Assembly (NCBI GenBank): GCA_951406725.2
Contig: OX597824.1
Span: 67,332,001 to 67,396,000 of the forward strand
Direction of reading: 5' to 3'
Source: Octopus vulgaris
Taxonomy: Eukaryota
DNA length: 64,000 nt
Shown piece after piece: positions 61,282 through 64,000 of this stretch. A model generated the notes under the pieces. It was not told the origin of the DNA, ran no database searches, and saw nothing but the letters and a program-made list of their open reading frames with translations. Positions within the stretch are counted from its first letter, which is position 1, and every line of letters starts with the position of its first letter. Made by a program: the position numbers and the translations under genes.

Positions 61282-62018
61282 TCTATAATATAAATTGAAC
61301 ATGGGCGATTGTTGTATTCTTTCTTGTCTTGAGGTTCACTACCAAACGGCTGGGTGGATTCGCGTGAAAAATGGCACACATGTGCAGACGGGTGGTGCAT
61401 ACATTGGAATGCGGTTTGTATTTTTTCCTAGCCCCATACTTACCGAGAAAATCGATTAAAACATTTTCTAATGGAATTCCCCTGTTTGTTCCGCCATTAA
61501 AACCACCAGTTGCTCACACAGCCGGTATATACCATTTCACTAGCAACAAGGGGAGTACAGGATGACAGTCAACCAAAACTTTCGTTATGCTGTCTCTCTT
61601 CTTCTCTCTCACATACACACGCGCAAGCACGCACGCACGCGCACACACACATACGCACACACACACACATCCATTTCATATATCTTCTTTCACTTTCTAC
61701 TCTCTGCAAATAAAAATTTTACGGATACAACTGCTTACAAAATGGGGATTAATGTATAATTTCTTTCTGCGTTCATAATTAAATCAATGTTTTAATGATT
61801 AGACAGAGGTCCCATAGAATAGCTCTTAGAAACAGACTACGTACAAATTCTTTCTTCACAACTCCTGAAGCTGTTTTCTGACAAGTGGAGAGGCTCCAAT
61901 CAAAACAGAGGACCCGAAATGATAAGGTTGAGAAACGCTGTTATAGATTATGCCTAACCGAAAACGATCACAGCCACATCATCCAAACAGACCGGGTGAA
62001 ACCGGGCTTAGCAGCTAG
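61282..62018 (+). mobile_element. Non-autonomous Helitron-like element
   Basis: TCTATAATATAAA start (inferred); 3' CCGGGTGAAACCGGG...CTAG|T. Confidence 0.6.
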
Positions 62019-62051
62019 TATACATATAAATATATATACATATATATATGC

Positions 62052-62104
<53 letters not shown>

Positions 62105-62125
62105 TATGCATATGTATTATATATA

Positions 62126-63680
62126 CACCTCATCTGAAGATATGCAAATCGTTTTTATTTTAAATAGAATGAATGTATATGTACATAGGAAGCTGACATT
62201 TTAGGATGTTGGTATAAATGCTCTTTCTTAATTGTGACTAAAACTTGACATACATTTGATCTGTTTTTCGTGAGTAATTGAGAATTTACTGAAATTGGCT
62301 GTCTGAAGTTATTATGCAAATGTTGGATTTGTTATTTGCTCTGCGTATCAGGAAAATTAAAATATATGAATCCATTACGAACATTTTACTAATTCAAAGA
62401 ACAATGTTTTAATATATAGTTGAAACAATTTACATGTTGATATAACGACCTTTCTTTTCAATCAACGTTACTAATCTGTTGTCCATCGAATTTGTTTGTT
62501 TTCCAATTTGATCTGGTGAAACTGCTGCTGTAATACTTTGTATAGCATCCCACAATTTTACTTTACCGTTGTACTGTTTGCCTCCTTCATTGAGTTTCTG
62601 TTTGACCATTGACCAGAGGTTTTCTATTGGGTTCAAGTCAGGACTTGACGGTGGCCAGTCCATTATTTTGTCTTCAGCAAATCGGTTGCACTCAAGAAAC
62701 TCACGAGTTAGGTCAGGAGCATGTGATGGAGTTTTGTCATGCATAAACATACACTTTATCTTGAAACTGTGAGGCTGACGCTTTCACCATTCAAAGAAAG
62801 TTTGATCCCAAAATTCACAATAATTGAGTTTTACACCGTGAACTTTAAATGGTCCAGTGATGGTTCTATTAACAATACCAGTCCATATCATTACACCACC
62901 ACCTCCTTGTTGCCGCCTTCTCGTCATAGGAGCATCATGGCCTGACATCCTTTAGCCCATCATCGGGACCATCTAATGTGATGCGCAATTCGTCAGTGAA
63001 TATGACGTTTCTGAAACCTGTTTTTAAGTACTTTCTTGCCCACTTTAGACGTTTATTAATATTAGTTGGACATATAGGAGGCTGGCGAGGAGATTTTTTT
63101 CACAGAACCAATGTCGTGAAGAACTATACCTTTTGTCTCTCTTTACTCCAACAATCCCAGCCATATTAAATGTCTTATCACAACTGAGTAGTGGGTTTTT
63201 AGCGACAACGCGTTTCAGATGACTTTTATCTCCCGTGGACAAGTTCTTGAACACCTTTCCAAACTTTGGTTTCCTGTTCTTTGTTATATCTTCACTTGTT
63301 TTCTTGATTGTTCGATAATCTCGGCCGAGCTCCTTCAAAATGTTCAAAGAGGTCATGCCATCACTTACAAGCTTAGTTATTTTCTGCTTTTCAGATGCTG
63401 TAATATCTTTCTTTTTACTCATGATTATATTATGATCTGCAAAATAACAAAAACGTATTATTAACACGGTAAAAATATAAATTCCAGCATTTACATAATA
63501 ACTTCAGACAGCCAGTTTCAGTAAATTCTCCATTACTCACGAAACACAGATCAGATGTATGTCAAATTTTATCCACAATTAAGAAAGGGCATTTATACTA
63601 ACACCCTAAAATTTCAGCCTCCTGTGTACATGCACATCAATTGTATTTAAAAAAATCCGATTTTCATATCTTCAGGCAAG

Positions 63681-63683
<3 letters not shown>
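62126..63683 (-). mobile_element. Near full-length Tc1 (DD34E) transposon with ~200-bp TIRs; frameshifted transposase ~63422-62430
   Basis: 62126-~62325 is the inverted copy of ~63483-63683; motifs FTDE, MHDKTPSH, WPPSSPDLNPIENLW. Confidence 0.92.
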
Positions 63684-63719
<36 letters not shown>

Positions 63720-64000
63720 CATTACAGATAAAGGGTGAAATATAATTAATTTAATAAAATCAACAAATTTCACCTAGTAGCACTTCGGTATGGAAAAGGA
63801 CCATATTCGGTAAAAGTTTATAAAGTTATAAAGTAATCTTATGATTCTAATCCAGAAACGTGCGTCCATGATTGACCGTGGACTGTTTGATTTCGTTATT
63901 TTTCTTCTTTTTTTGCCATATATGAGTTACAAATATTGTTGTCTGTGGAGACATATTTTTTATAGTAAAAGGAAATAGCAGTCCTCGGGCTGCTATTTCT

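Overview
Eukaryotic, AT-rich, microsatellite- and transposon-rich genomic DNA. The SINE/LINE repertoire suggests an octopus or other cephalopod (inference). Positions 727-37178 (+) carry 22 GT-AG coding exons of DNA polymerase delta catalytic subunit (POLD1). They join in frame to about 1044 aa through the stop codon, but the start exon lies upstream of the window. The POLD1 3' UTR contains a long hairpin whose mismatches are biased toward G.U pairs. The rest of the window is mostly decayed transposons (Helitrons, Tc1/mariner, hAT, piggyBac-type MITEs, L1/Tx1, RTE and CR1-like LINEs, tRNA-derived SINEs) plus one convergent single-coding-exon gene (51580-52404, -) for a four-TM MARVEL-like protein with a PPxY motif. 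Several canonical or minimal type I hammerhead ribozyme motifs are present. The most unusual signal is a ~650-nt tandem repeat (54390-57640). Each unit holds hammerhead core strands with matching helices, but in a reversed strand order that fits none of hammerhead types I-III.
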